NCBI GenBank assembly: GCA_036149055.1
Contig: JAYZQJ010000014.1
Coordinates: forward strand, 87,929 to 151,928
Direction: 5' to 3'
Length of the DNA stretch: 64,000 nucleotides
Origin: Myxococcota bacterium
Lineage (GTDB): Bacteria; Myxococcota_A; Polyangia; Polyangiales; Sandaracinaceae
The translations under genes were made by a program, and so were the position numbers. Positions 1 through 9,989 of the stretch are shown here, one piece after another. Within the stretch, counting starts at the first letter, position 1, and each line of letters starts with the position of its first letter. The notes beneath the pieces were generated by a model, which saw only the letters and a program-made list of their open reading frames with translations, was not told the DNA's origin and made no database searches.

Positions 1-1
1 C

Positions 2-565
2 CACAACGCGGGCAAGGCGCGCGAGGTGGCCGACCTGTTTCGCCCCCTCGTGGGGGCGCTGCGGTTCGCGGCGGAGCTCGGCCTGCCCGAGCCGGTCGAG
101 GACGGCGCGACCTTCGTCGAGAACGCGTCGATCAAGGCGCGCGCGGCGGCGGCGGCGACCGGCGAGCTCGCGGTGTCGGACGACTCGGGGCTGGTGGTCT
201 TCGCGCTCGACGGGGCGCCGGGCGTGCACGCCAAGCGCTGGGGCGGCGGCGACTACGAGCGCGCGATGCGCAAGGTGCACGAGGCGCTCGGGGACCGCGA
301 CCGCGCGGCCGAGATGGTCTGCGCGCTGGTGATCGCCGCGCCCGACGGGTCCACCTGGAGCGCCGAGGGGCGGGTGCGCGGGCAGCTGACCTGGCCGCCC
401 CGAGGGCAGCTCGGCTTCGGCTACGAGCCGATGTTCGTGCCGGAAGGCGAGCGCCGGACCTACGGGGAGATGGAGCGCGACGAGAAGCACCGGGACGATC
501 CCCGGGCCCGGGCCTTCGGCGCGCTGCGGTTGCGCGCGAACTTCCCCGAAGCCAAAGGCAAGTGA
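2..565 (+). CDS. rdgB: Non-canonical purine NTP pyrophosphatase, RdgB/HAM1 family (5' end outside window)
   Basis: Frame is open from the window edge (HNAGKAREV); motifs E..ATF.ENA.IKA, DDSGL.V.AL.GAPGV, GFGYEP.F and EK...R. Confidence 0.93.
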   Translation, partial: HNAGKAREVADLFRPLVGALRFAAELGLPEPVEDGATFVENASIKARAAAAATGELAVSDDSGLVVFALDGAPGVHAKRWGGGDYERAMRKVHEALGDRDRAAEMVCALVIAAPDGSTWSAEGRVRGQLTWPPRGQLGFGYEPMFVPEGERRTYGEMERDEKHRDDPRARAFGALRLRANFPEAKGK

Positions 566-1371
566 TGACCGAGCTCGAGCACGGCCGCGGGAGCGGCGAA
601 CGAGAAGAGCCCCTGACCCCGCCCGAGACCAAGGCGCCGAGCCACGCGGAGCGGGCCCGGACCCTGGTGGCCTCCCAGAAGACCGGCACGCTGTGCACGG
701 TCGCGCGCGATCCCGAGGGCTACCCCTACGGATCGTTCGTGACCTTCGCGCTCGACGGGCCCGACCCGGTGTTCCTCATCAGCACGCTCGCGGCCCACAC
801 CAAGAACCTCGAGGGCGACGGCCGCGCCTCGCTCCTCGTCGCCGAGCACGGCGAGGGCGACCCGCTCGCCTACGGGCGCGTGACCCTGGTGGGCGACGCG
901 GCCAAGCTCGACGACCCGGGCCCGGCGCGGGAGGCCTTCCTCGCGGCCCACCCGAACGCCGCCTACTACGCCGACTTCAGCGACTTCGCCTTCTGGAAGC
1001 TGCGGGTGACGAGCGTGCGCTACATCGGCGGCTACGGGCGCATGTCGTGGGTGGACGTCGCGGACTGGCGCGGCGCGGAGGCGGACCCGCTGGCCGCGCA
1101 CGTCGACGGGATCGTCTCGCACATGAACGAGGACCACGCCGACGCCCTCGTCAGCTACGCCCGCGCCTTCACCCGGGCGACCGAGGCCGAGCAGGTCACG
1201 ATGAGCCACATCGATCGCTACGGGTTCGAGATGAGCGTGGAGACCGAGCGGGGCCCGCGGCCGGCTCGGATCGCCTTCGAGGCCGAGATCGCGACGCCGC
1301 AGGAGGCGCGCAAGGCGCTGGTGGCGATGGTGAAGGCGGCCCGGGCGAAGCTTCAGGCGCAGACGCCGTAG
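562..1371 (+). CDS. HugZ-like pyridoxamine 5'-phosphate oxidase-fold protein with C-terminal DUF2470 domain
   Basis: GYPYGS.V, S.LA.HT.NL, YIGGYGRM and HMNEDH...IDRYG motifs; 4-bp overlap with rdgB. Confidence 0.85.
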   Translation: MMTELEHGRGSGEREEPLTPPETKAPSHAERARTLVASQKTGTLCTVARDPEGYPYGSFVTFALDGPDPVFLISTLAAHTKNLEGDGRASLLVAEHGEGDPLAYGRVTLVGDAAKLDDPGPAREAFLAAHPNAAYYADFSDFAFWKLRVTSVRYIGGYGRMSWVDVADWRGAEADPLAAHVDGIVSHMNEDHADALVSYARAFTRATEAEQVTMSHIDRYGFEMSVETERGPRPARIAFEAEIATPQEARKALVAMVKAARAKLQAQTP

Positions 1372-2573
1372 CGGACGCCTCGGATCGTGGTGCGCGGCGT
1401 GAGCTCGTTGCATCTCCCGACCGCGCAGCTCGGGGCGTCGAGATCGCAGACCTGACGACAGACGTCGTCGGCGCACGCGAAGCCGGGCCGGCACTCGGTG
1501 AAGGTCGGGCAGGGCTCGCCCTCCCCGGCCGTGCCGGGCACGAGGCACACCGTGTCGATGATGGTCGCGCCGGTCTCGACCGCCGTGAAGGCGCTGAGGT
1601 AGCAGCCGCCGCCGGCCGTACAGCCCGAGCCGTCTCGGGCGTCGCACACGTGAGTGCAGAGACCGACGGCCGCTCCGGACGTGGGCTCCACGCACCGGGC
1701 GCCATCGCAGATGGCGTCGGCGTCGCAGTAGGGGCGGCAGGTCGCGCCGTTGGTGGGACACGTCAGCCCGGCCGCACAGTCCTCGTCGCGCGCACAGGGC
1801 TCGCCCTCGTTCGCGCTCCCCTCCGGGATGCACCGCGGGGCGGCCGCGCGGGAGCACATCTCGCCGGCCGGGCAGCCGCACTGGGGCGCGACGAGCCGGC
1901 AGGGATCGTCCGGGCAGAAGCCCGCGTCCGCGAGGCCGGCGTCCACCGGGCCGGCGTCGAGCCCGCCGTCGCCGAGGGTCACGCAGCCGTCGACCCGATC
2001 GCAGACGCCGCTCCCGCAGGCGCTCGACTCGAGGCGCTCGCCGCAGACGCCCTCGAGGCAGACCGCGTCCGCGCAGTCCTGGGCCGGCGCCGGGCAGTCG
2101 GCCGCGACCGCGCACTCCGGCGACGCGCAGAGCTCCGGGGTCTCGGGGCTGCAGCGGGCGTCCACGCAGGCGCCGCCGCGGCAGGTCTCGGTCAGCTCGT
2201 CGCAGGGCACGTCGCGGCAGTCCGCCGTCACCACCAGGGTCACCGCCTGGGCCGACTCGCGGAGGGTGACGATCACGCTCCCGCGCACCACCTCGGTCGC
2301 GCCCTGGAAGAGGCCGAGCCGGACCCGGTAGGTGCCGGCCGGGAGCCCGTCGAGCTCGGCGACCCGCCCCGACTCGCGCGGCGCGTCCTCTTCGACCGTG
2401 CGCAGCGGCGTGCGGCTCGACGCGGGGAAGAGCTGCGTCACCGCGCGATCGAATTCCTGGCCGGCGCGGAGATCGGTGCGGAGGTCCACCGTGAGCAGCC
2501 GGCCCTCGTCCTCGCAGCCGAGCCCGGCCAGGGCGACGAGCAAGATCGCGAGGCGTCGCATCCCCCTCGTCAT
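1353..2573 (-). CDS. Cys-rich lipoprotein, unknown function
   Basis: Lipobox LAGLGC, DAG linker, many Cys modules; N-terminal half similar to 60725..62320. Confidence 0.75.
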   Translation of the reverse strand: MTRGMRRLAILLVALAGLGCEDEGRLLTVDLRTDLRAGQEFDRAVTQLFPASSRTPLRTVEEDAPRESGRVAELDGLPAGTYRVRLGLFQGATEVVRGSVIVTLRESAQAVTLVVTADCRDVPCDELTETCRGGACVDARCSPETPELCASPECAVAADCPAPAQDCADAVCLEGVCGERLESSACGSGVCDRVDGCVTLGDGGLDAGPVDAGLADAGFCPDDPCRLVAPQCGCPAGEMCSRAAAPRCIPEGSANEGEPCARDEDCAAGLTCPTNGATCRPYCDADAICDGARCVEPTSGAAVGLCTHVCDARDGSGCTAGGGCYLSAFTAVETGATIIDTVCLVPGTAGEGEPCPTFTECRPGFACADDVCRQVCDLDAPSCAVGRCNELTPRTTIRGVRYGVCA

Positions 2574-2583
2574 ACGCCCCGCG

Positions 2584-3861
2584 TCACAACCTCGCGAGTC
2601 TCCGCCGCGCGATCGCCGATCCCGGGTCCCGCTCCAGCGCCCGCTCCCAGGCCGCCCGGGCGGCCACGTCGTCGCCCTCCCGCTCGTGCAGGAGCGCGAG
2701 GTTCATCAGCGGGTTCGGGTCGGCGCGGTCGAGCGCCGCCGCCCGATCGAGCGCGATGCGCGCCTGCTCCGCGCGGCCGAGGTGCATGAGCGAGGCGCCG
2801 AGCCCGTTGAACGCGGCGGCCAGCTCCGGAGCCCGCTCGATCGCGTTCCGGAAGGCGCCGGCCGCGTCGTCGTAGCGCTCGAGCAGCGCCAGCGCGTTGC
2901 CGAGCTTGAGCCAGCTCGCGGCGTCGGCGTCCTCGCGCGCGATGGCGGCCCGGTAGGTCGCGACCGCGTCCTCGTAGCTCCGGAGGTCGCGCTGCAGATC
3001 TCCGAGCGCGAGCAGCGGCTCGGCGTCGTTCGGGCTCAGCTCGGCCGCCCGCGCGAAGTCCGCCTGCGCGCCGTGCACGTCCCCGAGGGCCGCCCGGGTC
3101 AGGCCGCGCCCGAGGTGGGCGTCCCCGTCGCTCTCCGCCGCCCGCACCGCCTGGTCGAACGCGTCGAGCGCTCGCTCGTGCGCGCCGCGGCGGCGCCGGA
3201 GCCGGCCGAGGTTGATCCACGCCTCGTGCGCCGTCGGATCCACCCGCACCGCGTCGGCGTAGGCCTCCGCCGCCGCCTCGTCGTCCGCGCCCAGCTCGTG
3301 CGCGAGCCCGCGCCGGTTGTGCACCGCGGCCACGTCGTCCTCGATCTCGCGCAGGTGCCCGAGCGCCGCGCGGCCGTCCTCGGCGTCGAGCGCGAGGTCC
3401 GCGGCCAGGAGCCGCCCGTGCACGTGATCGGGCTCGAGGGTCAGCGCGCCCGCGAGGATCGCCTCCGCCTCGCTCTGCCGGCTGCGGGCCCGGGCCACCG
3501 CCGCCGCGAGCACCTCCACGTCGGCGTCCCGCCCGAGCCGGTGGCGCGCCGAGGTCAGCTCGCCCTCCGCGAGCACCATGTCGCCGCGCTGGTAGTCCTC
3601 GAGCGCGTGCGCGTAGGCCAGGAGCCCCACGGTCTCGTCGTCCCGCCGCCCCGCCTCGATGGCCCGCTCGAGCAGCGAGGCCGCCGTCGAGGCCTGCAGC
3701 CGATCGATGCCCGGCGCCTCGGAGAGCGGCGCGTCCAGCCGGGCCCGCGCCCGCTCCACGAGCTCCCCGGCCGTGTAGTCCCGCCACCCCGCCCAGGCGA
3801 TCGCCGCCACCACGCTGAGCGCGGTCACCCCGAGGGACACGAAGAGCAGTCTCTGCCGCAT
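2584..3861 (-). CDS. Membrane-anchored tetratricopeptide repeat protein
   Basis: N-terminal TM helix; repeated A...LG.......A...Y..A...P TPR pattern. Confidence 0.88.
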   Translation of the reverse strand: MRQRLLFVSLGVTALSVVAAIAWAGWRDYTAGELVERARARLDAPLSEAPGIDRLQASTAASLLERAIEAGRRDDETVGLLAYAHALEDYQRGDMVLAEGELTSARHRLGRDADVEVLAAAVARARSRQSEAEAILAGALTLEPDHVHGRLLAADLALDAEDGRAALGHLREIEDDVAAVHNRRGLAHELGADDEAAAEAYADAVRVDPTAHEAWINLGRLRRRRGAHERALDAFDQAVRAAESDGDAHLGRGLTRAALGDVHGAQADFARAAELSPNDAEPLLALGDLQRDLRSYEDAVATYRAAIAREDADAASWLKLGNALALLERYDDAAGAFRNAIERAPELAAAFNGLGASLMHLGRAEQARIALDRAAALDRADPNPLMNLALLHEREGDDVAARAAWERALERDPGSAIARRRLARL

Positions 3862-3906
3862 GCCCCGAGAGGATCCCGCGCGCGCGGAGCGGTCAAGTTT
3901 TCGGCG

Positions 3907-6900
3907 CTACCAGATGACGGCGGTGGGGGTGAGGCGAGTGGTCCGGGTCCAGTCGCCGAGCTGGTAGTAGTAGTTGTAGCCCCAGCAGCGCAGCTCTCCG
4001 GACGTCAGGGTGGCGCAGGTGTGACTGCTGCCCACGGAGACCGAGGCGGCGTCGGTGAGCCCGGGATCGGCGGTGGGCCACGGGGTGGCGGCGGTCGTGC
4101 CGTCGCCGAGCTGACCCTGGTTGTTCCAGCCCCAGCAGCGCATCTGGCCGCCGGTGCGGACCACGCAGGTGTGGCTCTCCCCGATGGCCACGTCGGCGAC
4201 GTCGGTCAGGGTGGGGACCGCCAGCGGGGTGCCGCGCGAGGTGGTGGAGCCGTCGCCGAGCTGCCCCGACGTGTTCTGACCCCAGCAGCTCACCCGGCCG
4301 TCCATGTGCCGCGCGCACGTCGAGTTCCCGCCGACCGCGATCTGCACGGCGTCGGTGATACCGCTCACCGTCACCGGGGTCGGCGTGCTGGTCGTGGTCC
4401 CGTCTCCGAGCTGCCCGTAGTTGTTGAGGCCCCAGCAGCGCACCGTGCCGTCGGTGAGGCGCGCGCAGGAGTGGGATGTCCCGGAGCGCACCTCGGCGAC
4501 GCCCGTCAGGCCCGAGACCGCGGTGGGGGTGGTCACGTATCCACCGCTCGAGCCCGCCGCGCCGCTCGAGTTGCGCCCCCAGCACACCACGGTCTCGTCG
4601 GTGAGCACCGCGCACGCGGCGTAGCCCCCGACCGAGACCTGCGACGCCGTGAGTCCGCTCAGCGTGACCGGCGCCCATCGAGTCGAACGGGTGCCGTCGC
4701 CCACCTCGTAGTTGCTGTTGTACCCCCAGCACCAGAGCGCGCCGTCGGTGGCGACGTAGCAGTGGGTGATGCCGTTGGTGTCGAAGTCGGCGGCGTCGGT
4801 CGGGGAGGAGCGGCGCGTCGGGCGGGTGCCCGCGCCGAGGCCGTAGCGCTCGTAGCCCCAGCAGTAGATCCGGCCGTTCGTCATCACCGCGCAGGACGAC
4901 TCGGCGCCGAGCCCGAGCGAGCCGACGGTCGCGCAGCTCCCGCCCGCGCAGAGCATCGAGCAGGTGTTGCCGCAGGCGCCGCAGTTCATCTCGTCGTCCT
5001 GCACGTCGATGCACGCGCCGCCGCAGACCTGCTGGCCCGCCGGGCAGGCGCAGCTGCCGCTGAAGCACGTGGCCCCGGTCGCGCACGTCGTGCCGCAGCT
5101 GCCGCAGTTGTTCTCGTCGGTGCTCGTGTAGACGCACGCGCCGCCGCAGACCTCGGAGGTGCCGGGGCACGCGCAGGTCCCGCTGACGCAGGTGGCGCCG
5201 GTCGCGCACGTCGTACCGCACGAGCCGCAGTTCGCCTCGTCGCTCTGGAGGTCCGCGCAGGCGCTGCCGCAGATGGTCTGCGCCCCCGGGCAGTAGCAGG
5301 CGCCGCTCAGGCAGGTCGCCCCGCTCGCGCAGGTGGTGCCGCACGAGCCGCAGTTCAGCTCGTCGTCCTGGGTGGAGACGCAGCGGCCGCCGCAGACGCT
5401 CCCGCCGCCCGGGCAGGTGCAGCTGCCGCTCAGACACGTCGCGCCCGACGCGCAGACCGTGCCGCAGCCGCCGCAGTTCAGCTCGTCGTCGGAGGTGGTC
5501 ACGCAGCGACCGCTGCACACCTCGCCGCCGCCCGGGCAGGCGCAGGCGCCGCTCGCGCAGACGCCGCCGATCGCGCAGCTCGTGCCGCAGGCGCCGCAGT
5601 TGGCGGTGTCGGACGAGAGATCGACGCAGCGACCGCCGCACACGACCTGCCCGGCCGGGCACTCGCAGACGCCGGCGTTGCACGTCTGGCCCGTCGCGCA
5701 GGCGTTGCCGCACGTCCCGCAGCTCGCCTCGCTGGTGTTCAGGTCGACGCAGCGGTCGCCGCACACCGACTGCCCCGCCGGACAGGCGCAGGCGCCGGAC
5801 GCGCAGGTGGCGCCCCACGGGCAGCGGTTGCCGCAGGTGCCGCAGTTGCTGAAGTCATTGTCCAGGTCCCGACAGGTGGAGCCGCAGAGCGAGCCGCCGC
5901 CGGGGCACTCGCAGGAGCCGGACACGCAGGTCTGGGCCGAGGGGCACACCCGCCCGCACGCGCCGCAGTGGTAGCGGCTCGAGCCGACGTCGGTGCAGCG
6001 CCCGGAGCAGTCGATCTGCCCGCTCGGACACTCGCACGAGCCGGCGACGCAGCTCCGCCCACCGGCGCAGCCGGTGCCGCAGCGCCCACAGTTCCGGATG
6101 TCGGTGTCGGTGTCGGTGCAGCCCGCGCTGCAGTAGCTGCCGCCGCCCGGGCAGACGCACGCCCCGTCGCTGCAGACCTGGCCCGACGCGCAGCGCACGC
6201 CGCAGCCGCCGCAGTGGAGCGGATCGCTCGTGAAGTTCCGGCACGCGCCGTCGCAGACGCCGCCGTCGCCGGGGCAATCGCAGGCCCCGTCCACGCACGC
6301 CACGCCCCGCGGACACTCCTGCCCGCAGCCGCCGCAGTGCAGACGGCTCGCGTCGAGGTCCACGCACTCCGTCCCGCACAGCGCGCCGCCGCCCGGGCAG
6401 GTGCAGGCGCCGCGATCGCAGCGCTCCGAGGCCGCGCAGGCGTTGCCGCACGCGCCGCAGTTGGCCTCGTCGTCCTGGGTGGAGACGCAGACCCCGTCGC
6501 AGCGCTCGCCGCCGTCCGGGCACACGCACGCGCCGCCTTCGCAGACCTCGTCCGCGTCGCAGGAGACGCCGCACGCGCCGCAGTTCTCCGCGTCGCTCCG
6601 CACGTCGACGCAGACGTCGTCGCAGGCGAGCTCGCCGTCGTCGCAGCCGCAGAGCCCCTCGATGCAGGGCACGTCGAACGCGCACGCGGTGCCGCAGCCG
6701 CCGCAGTGGTTCTCGTCGTAGGCGACGTCGACGCAGCGCTCCCCGCACTGGATCTCGCCCACGGGGCACTCGCAGACGCCGTCGGCGCAGGCCGCCCCCG
6801 AGGGGCACTCGACGCCGCAGCCGCCGCAGTGGCGCAGATCGTTCAGCGAGACCTCTTCGCCGTCGCAGACCTGGCAGTCGTCGACCGCGCCGTCGCAGTC

Positions 6901-7227
6901 GTTGTCGAGCCCGTCCCCGCAGACCTCGGTGGTGGCGTCCGGGACGCAGCCGCAGACGCGCCCGTCGAGGCGGTCCGGCTGCACGCAGCCCCAGTTGTCG
7001 CCCGACGGGCAGTCGGTCTCCCCGAGGCACGTCCGGGTGCAGACCCGTCGCCCCGGCGTCAGCTCGAGGCAGAGGCCGCTGAGGCAGTCCTCGCTCACGG
7101 CGCAGGGCTCACCGAACTCGGCGAAGGCGCCGCCGTCCGGCCCGAGCGGGCGCTCGCCTTCGCAGGCGACGAGCAGGAGGCACGCGAGCGCGAGCCCGGA
7201 GAAGCGAAGATTCAGTACCACGAGCAC
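3907..7227 (-). CDS. Large lipoprotein with 16 Cys-rich ~40-aa repeats and a C-terminal RCC1-like beta-propeller
   Basis: Lipobox LLVAC; one EVCGDGLDNDCDG.VD motif; 16 D..[NH]CG.CG..C units; RCC1 motifs CWG.N..GQLGDG. Confidence 0.88.
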   Translation of the reverse strand: MLVVLNLRFSGLALACLLLVACEGERPLGPDGGAFAEFGEPCAVSEDCLSGLCLELTPGRRVCTRTCLGETDCPSGDNWGCVQPDRLDGRVCGCVPDATTEVCGDGLDNDCDGAVDDCQVCDGEEVSLNDLRHCGGCGVECPSGAACADGVCECPVGEIQCGERCVDVAYDENHCGGCGTACAFDVPCIEGLCGCDDGELACDDVCVDVRSDAENCGACGVSCDADEVCEGGACVCPDGGERCDGVCVSTQDDEANCGACGNACAASERCDRGACTCPGGGALCGTECVDLDASRLHCGGCGQECPRGVACVDGACDCPGDGGVCDGACRNFTSDPLHCGGCGVRCASGQVCSDGACVCPGGGSYCSAGCTDTDTDIRNCGRCGTGCAGGRSCVAGSCECPSGQIDCSGRCTDVGSSRYHCGACGRVCPSAQTCVSGSCECPGGGSLCGSTCRDLDNDFSNCGTCGNRCPWGATCASGACACPAGQSVCGDRCVDLNTSEASCGTCGNACATGQTCNAGVCECPAGQVVCGGRCVDLSSDTANCGACGTSCAIGGVCASGACACPGGGEVCSGRCVTTSDDELNCGGCGTVCASGATCLSGSCTCPGGGSVCGGRCVSTQDDELNCGSCGTTCASGATCLSGACYCPGAQTICGSACADLQSDEANCGSCGTTCATGATCVSGTCACPGTSEVCGGACVYTSTDENNCGSCGTTCATGATCFSGSCACPAGQQVCGGACIDVQDDEMNCGACGNTCSMLCAGGSCATVGSLGLGAESSCAVMTNGRIYCWGYERYGLGAGTRPTRRSSPTDAADFDTNGITHCYVATDGALWCWGYNSNYEVGDGTRSTRWAPVTLSGLTASQVSVGGYAACAVLTDETVVCWGRNSSGAAGSSGGYVTTPTAVSGLTGVAEVRSGTSHSCARLTDGTVRCWGLNNYGQLGDGTTTSTPTPVTVSGITDAVQIAVGGNSTCARHMDGRVSCWGQNTSGQLGDGSTTSRGTPLAVPTLTDVADVAIGESHTCVVRTGGQMRCWGWNNQGQLGDGTTAATPWPTADPGLTDAASVSVGSSHTCATLTSGELRCWGYNYYYQLGDWTRTTRLTPTAVIW
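4940..6860 (-). repeat. Coding tandem array of ~120-bp units (16 CGxCG Cys-rich modules)
   Basis: 16 CGxCG motifs counted at ~40-aa spacing in the translation; boundaries approximate. Confidence 0.85.
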
Positions 7228-7817
7228 CCCGGCTGAGCGTTGCAGGCGAATCGATCGAAGTAGGAGCCACAGCTGCGCGGGACGCCCGAGCAGTCACTCT
7301 CCCATCGGCAGCCCTCTTGACGACGACAGGTGGAGTCGCCGGAGTAGAGCGAGCAGGGTCGCGCGGAGCCGCTGCAGTCGTCGCGCGAGCTGTTCCAGTA
7401 GCAGCCGTCCTGGCTGATGCAGGTGTAGTGGGTCCACTGCGAGTAGCAGCTCGCCGAGATCCCCTCGCACTGCTCGTCGTAGATGCAGCCCTCGATCTGC
7501 TCGCAGGTCGTGCGGGTGGTCCGCGCGAAGCAGCCCGAGGGGACGCCGTGGCAGCTCTCGGTCGGGCTCGGCCGCGTCACCCCGGAGTCGCTCGACGGCT
7601 GGGTGATGCCGGAGTCGCGCGTGGGGCGCGTGGCGCCCGAGTCGGTCCGAACCGGCGGTGACACCCCGGCGTCCGCCGGATCGCCGTCGATCATCGCCGC
7701 GTCGAAGCGCAGCACGCCACCCTCGGGGCCGCGGAGCATCGGAGGCGCGGGGCCGTCGCACGCGGCGAGGGCGAGCGCCGCGAGCGCGGCGGCGTGAAAA
7801 GACTTCCGGGACGACAA
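7212..7817 (-). CDS. Small Cys-rich lipoprotein
   Basis: Lipobox ALAAC, DSG linker, repeated C.G....C......C..Q.GC.W units; TTG start uncertain; overlaps the next gene by 16 bp. Confidence 0.7.
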   Translation of the reverse strand: MSSRKSFHAAALAALALAACDGPAPPMLRGPEGGVLRFDAAMIDGDPADAGVSPPVRTDSGATRPTRDSGITQPSSDSGVTRPSPTESCHGVPSGCFARTTRTTCEQIEGCIYDEQCEGISASCYSQWTHYTCISQDGCYWNSSRDDCSGSARPCSLYSGDSTCRRQEGCRWESDCSGVPRSCGSYFDRFACNAQPGCSWY

Positions 7818-7859
7818 AACGACTCTCCCTCGCGCGCCAGGAGAGACGCACCGGGAGGG

Positions 7860-7888
7860 ACGCTATTTGTTCAGGACTGAACCGTCAA
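7860..7888 (-). promoter_or_regulatory. Sigma70-type promoter with a palindromic operator in the spacer
   Basis: Minus strand TTGACG-N17-TAGCGT; spacer contains GTTCAG-N2-CTGAAC (7869-7882); AT-rich patch upstream of 7817. Confidence 0.6.
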
Positions 7889-7978
7889 GGGAACCGAAAT
7901 TGTCAACGGGATCGACTTCACCCCCGCAAAACGGGGATATCGAGTGGGGATGAGGCCTTCACGGGACGGTGCGCAAGC

Positions 7979-8749
7979 TCACTCGCAGGCGAACGCCGGG
8001 ATGCAGAGGTCGGTGAAGCAGCCTCCGTCGCCCTCCGGCACGGTGCCCTCGGGGCAGTCCGGAGGCTCGCGCTCGCAGAACGCCGTGCAGCTGTCGCCGG
8101 TGAGGGGGACGCAGACGGGCATGGCCGCCGGGGCGTCGCGCGGGACCACCGCGGGCACGCAGCCGGCGACGCTGCAGCTGTCGTCGTCGACCACGAACGC
8201 GCCCTCGCAGCTCGGCCCGGCCGGCCCGCAGCCCCACGAGGGCACGACGCCGCAGCTCGGGCTGCGACACCCGTCGAAGGCGATGCACCCCTGGTAGTCG
8301 GGGTTCGTGCAGTCGGCGCAGGGCCCGTCGGTGCAGGTCGGGCAGCACGAGTCGTCCCAGACCGGGGCGCAGTCGAGGCTCCCGAAGCACGCCACCGCGC
8401 CGAGGCCCTCGCAGGGCTCGGGCGGCGGAGGCGGCGGCACCACCCCGCACGCGGGCGCGCTCCGATCCTCGATCAGGACGGCGCAGCCCATCGCGTCGAC
8501 GGACCGGATGAACGGCTGGCCGTCGAAGCCGGCGATGGTGGCCGTGCACGCGCGCGCCGACGGCGCCCAGCCCCCCGCGGGGAGGGGCGTGGCGCCGGGC
8601 GAGCAGCCCATGAAGTCCGCGATCGGACAGCAGACCCCGCCGTCCGGTGGGTCACCGGCGTCGGGGTCTCCGTCCATACCGTGGGAGGAGGAGCACCCCA
8701 CGAGCGCGAGGAGCGAGAGCAGTGCCAGCGTGTGCCGCGTCGTCATCAC
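7979..8749 (-). CDS. Cys-rich lipoprotein
   Basis: Lipobox LVGC, DAG linker, poly-Pro hinge, many Cys. Confidence 0.75.
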   Translation of the reverse strand: MMTTRHTLALLSLLALVGCSSSHGMDGDPDAGDPPDGGVCCPIADFMGCSPGATPLPAGGWAPSARACTATIAGFDGQPFIRSVDAMGCAVLIEDRSAPACGVVPPPPPPEPCEGLGAVACFGSLDCAPVWDDSCCPTCTDGPCADCTNPDYQGCIAFDGCRSPSCGVVPSWGCGPAGPSCEGAFVVDDDSCSVAGCVPAVVPRDAPAAMPVCVPLTGDSCTAFCEREPPDCPEGTVPEGDGGCFTDLCIPAFACE

Positions 8750-8777
8750 TGCGCAGCCTACGCAATCTGCGGGCCGC

Positions 8778-9989
8778 TTACTCCTCGCGGACCTGGAGCA
8801 GGCCGCCCTCGAAGCGGAGCAGCAGCGTGCCGGACGGCCCCTCGAGCACCCCGCGGAAGCTGTCGCCGACGGTCAGGGGGCGGGCCGCCTCGAGGTCCGG
8901 GTCCTCGGAGCCGCTCACCGTGACGCGGTAGCCGGAGATGTCGACCGCGGCGTAGGGCGCCTCGTCCATGAAGCGGGCGGGCACGAACACCGAGTCGCCG
9001 GCGTCGCCGAAGCTCGAGAGCATGCAGCCGGTGCAGACGCGGCGGCCGTCGGCCGGCGTGAGATCGGTGATCGGGGTCGCGATCGCGCTCCTCACCGCGT
9101 CGAGGCGGAAGGCGTGCAGCTCGTTGCCGCCGGTCGCGAGCGCGCCGACCACGACGCCGCTCGGGGTCACGGCGACGCCGCCGGAGTAGTCACCGAAGTC
9201 GGTGATCACCGCGTCGGTGGTGACGCCGAGGGCGCCGAAGGAGAGCGCGTAGATCGCCTGGCCGGCGCGACCCGAGTCGAGCGCGTTGACCAGGAGCGCG
9301 TCGTCGGAGAACCAGCTCGCGTCGAAGTTGCCGGCGAGCGCGGTGGGGAAGGTGCCGTCGGTGCTCAGGTCGAAGACCACGATCTCACCCGGGAAGGTGA
9401 AGGCCGCGTCCTGGAGCGTGTAGCCGACCGCGAGCCGGTTGCCGTCGGGCGAGAGGACCACGAAGCCCGAGGGGGCGACGGGGCTCTCGGCGTCGTGGGT
9501 CACGGGGTAGGAGCGAGAGACGGGCGGCGCGGCGCGACCGGCGCTCCAGTCCCACTCCCGGATCTCGAGCAGCGTGCCGCCCGGGGTGGCGCTGGTGCTC
9601 AGCTCGTACACGGTGGCGGCGTCGCCGCTCACGCGGGTGCCGAGCGCGTCCGCGTCGGTGCAGTGCCCGCCGACCACGCTCAGGCTCGCGCCGAGCTCGT
9701 CGTTCCAGGTGCTGGCGTCGGCGCCGCAGGTGGGCACGCAGGCGCCGCGGAGCTCGACCTCGTCGGCGCCGCAGCCCACGCCGGAGTCCGGGTCCATCAC
9801 GCCGGAGTCCGGGTCCATGACGCCGGTGTCGGGGTCCATCACGCCGGTGTCGGGGTCCTGGCCCCCGTCGCCGAGGCCGGCGTCGCCGAGGTCCGGGCCG
9901 CCGTCGACCGGGTCCATCTCGCCGTCACAGGCGCTCAGGGACAGCGCCAGAAGGAGGGCGCCAAGAATGCGGAAACGTCGAATGCTCAC
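8778..9989 (-). CDS. Lipoprotein downstream of the cobalamin riboswitch, probable beta-propeller
   Basis: GTG at 9989 preceded by GAGGAG; lipobox LSAC; DPD[TS]GVM repeats; beta-rich body (LSPDGNRLAVG, GGVAVTPSG). Confidence 0.75.
   Translation of the reverse strand: MSIRRFRILGALLLALSLSACDGEMDPVDGGPDLGDAGLGDGGQDPDTGVMDPDTGVMDPDSGVMDPDSGVGCGADEVELRGACVPTCGADASTWNDELGASLSVVGGHCTDADALGTRVSGDAATVYELSTSATPGGTLLEIREWDWSAGRAAPPVSRSYPVTHDAESPVAPSGFVVLSPDGNRLAVGYTLQDAAFTFPGEIVVFDLSTDGTFPTALAGNFDASWFSDDALLVNALDSGRAGQAIYALSFGALGVTTDAVITDFGDYSGGVAVTPSGVVVGALATGGNELHAFRLDAVRSAIATPITDLTPADGRRVCTGCMLSSFGDAGDSVFVPARFMDEAPYAAVDISGYRVTVSGSEDPDLEAARPLTVGDSFRGVLEGPSGTLLLRFEGGLLQVREE
9778..9858 (-). repeat. 21-bp coding tandem repeat, about 4 copies of DPD[TS]GV(M)
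   Basis: Translation DPDTGVMDPDTGVMDPDSGVMDPDSGV. Confidence 0.8.

Noticed and set aside
2332..7236. 1634-aa + strand ORF (and similar long ORFs 8307..12302, 56464..60768, 19892..22633)
   Set aside because: Antisense or off-frame shadows of real genes in high-GC DNA; Arg/Ala/Gly-rich with no motifs
7869..7882. LexA box
   Set aside because: Half-sites are in the opposite order with a 2-bp spacer (GTTCAG-N2-CTGAAC), unlike GAAC-N4-GTTC
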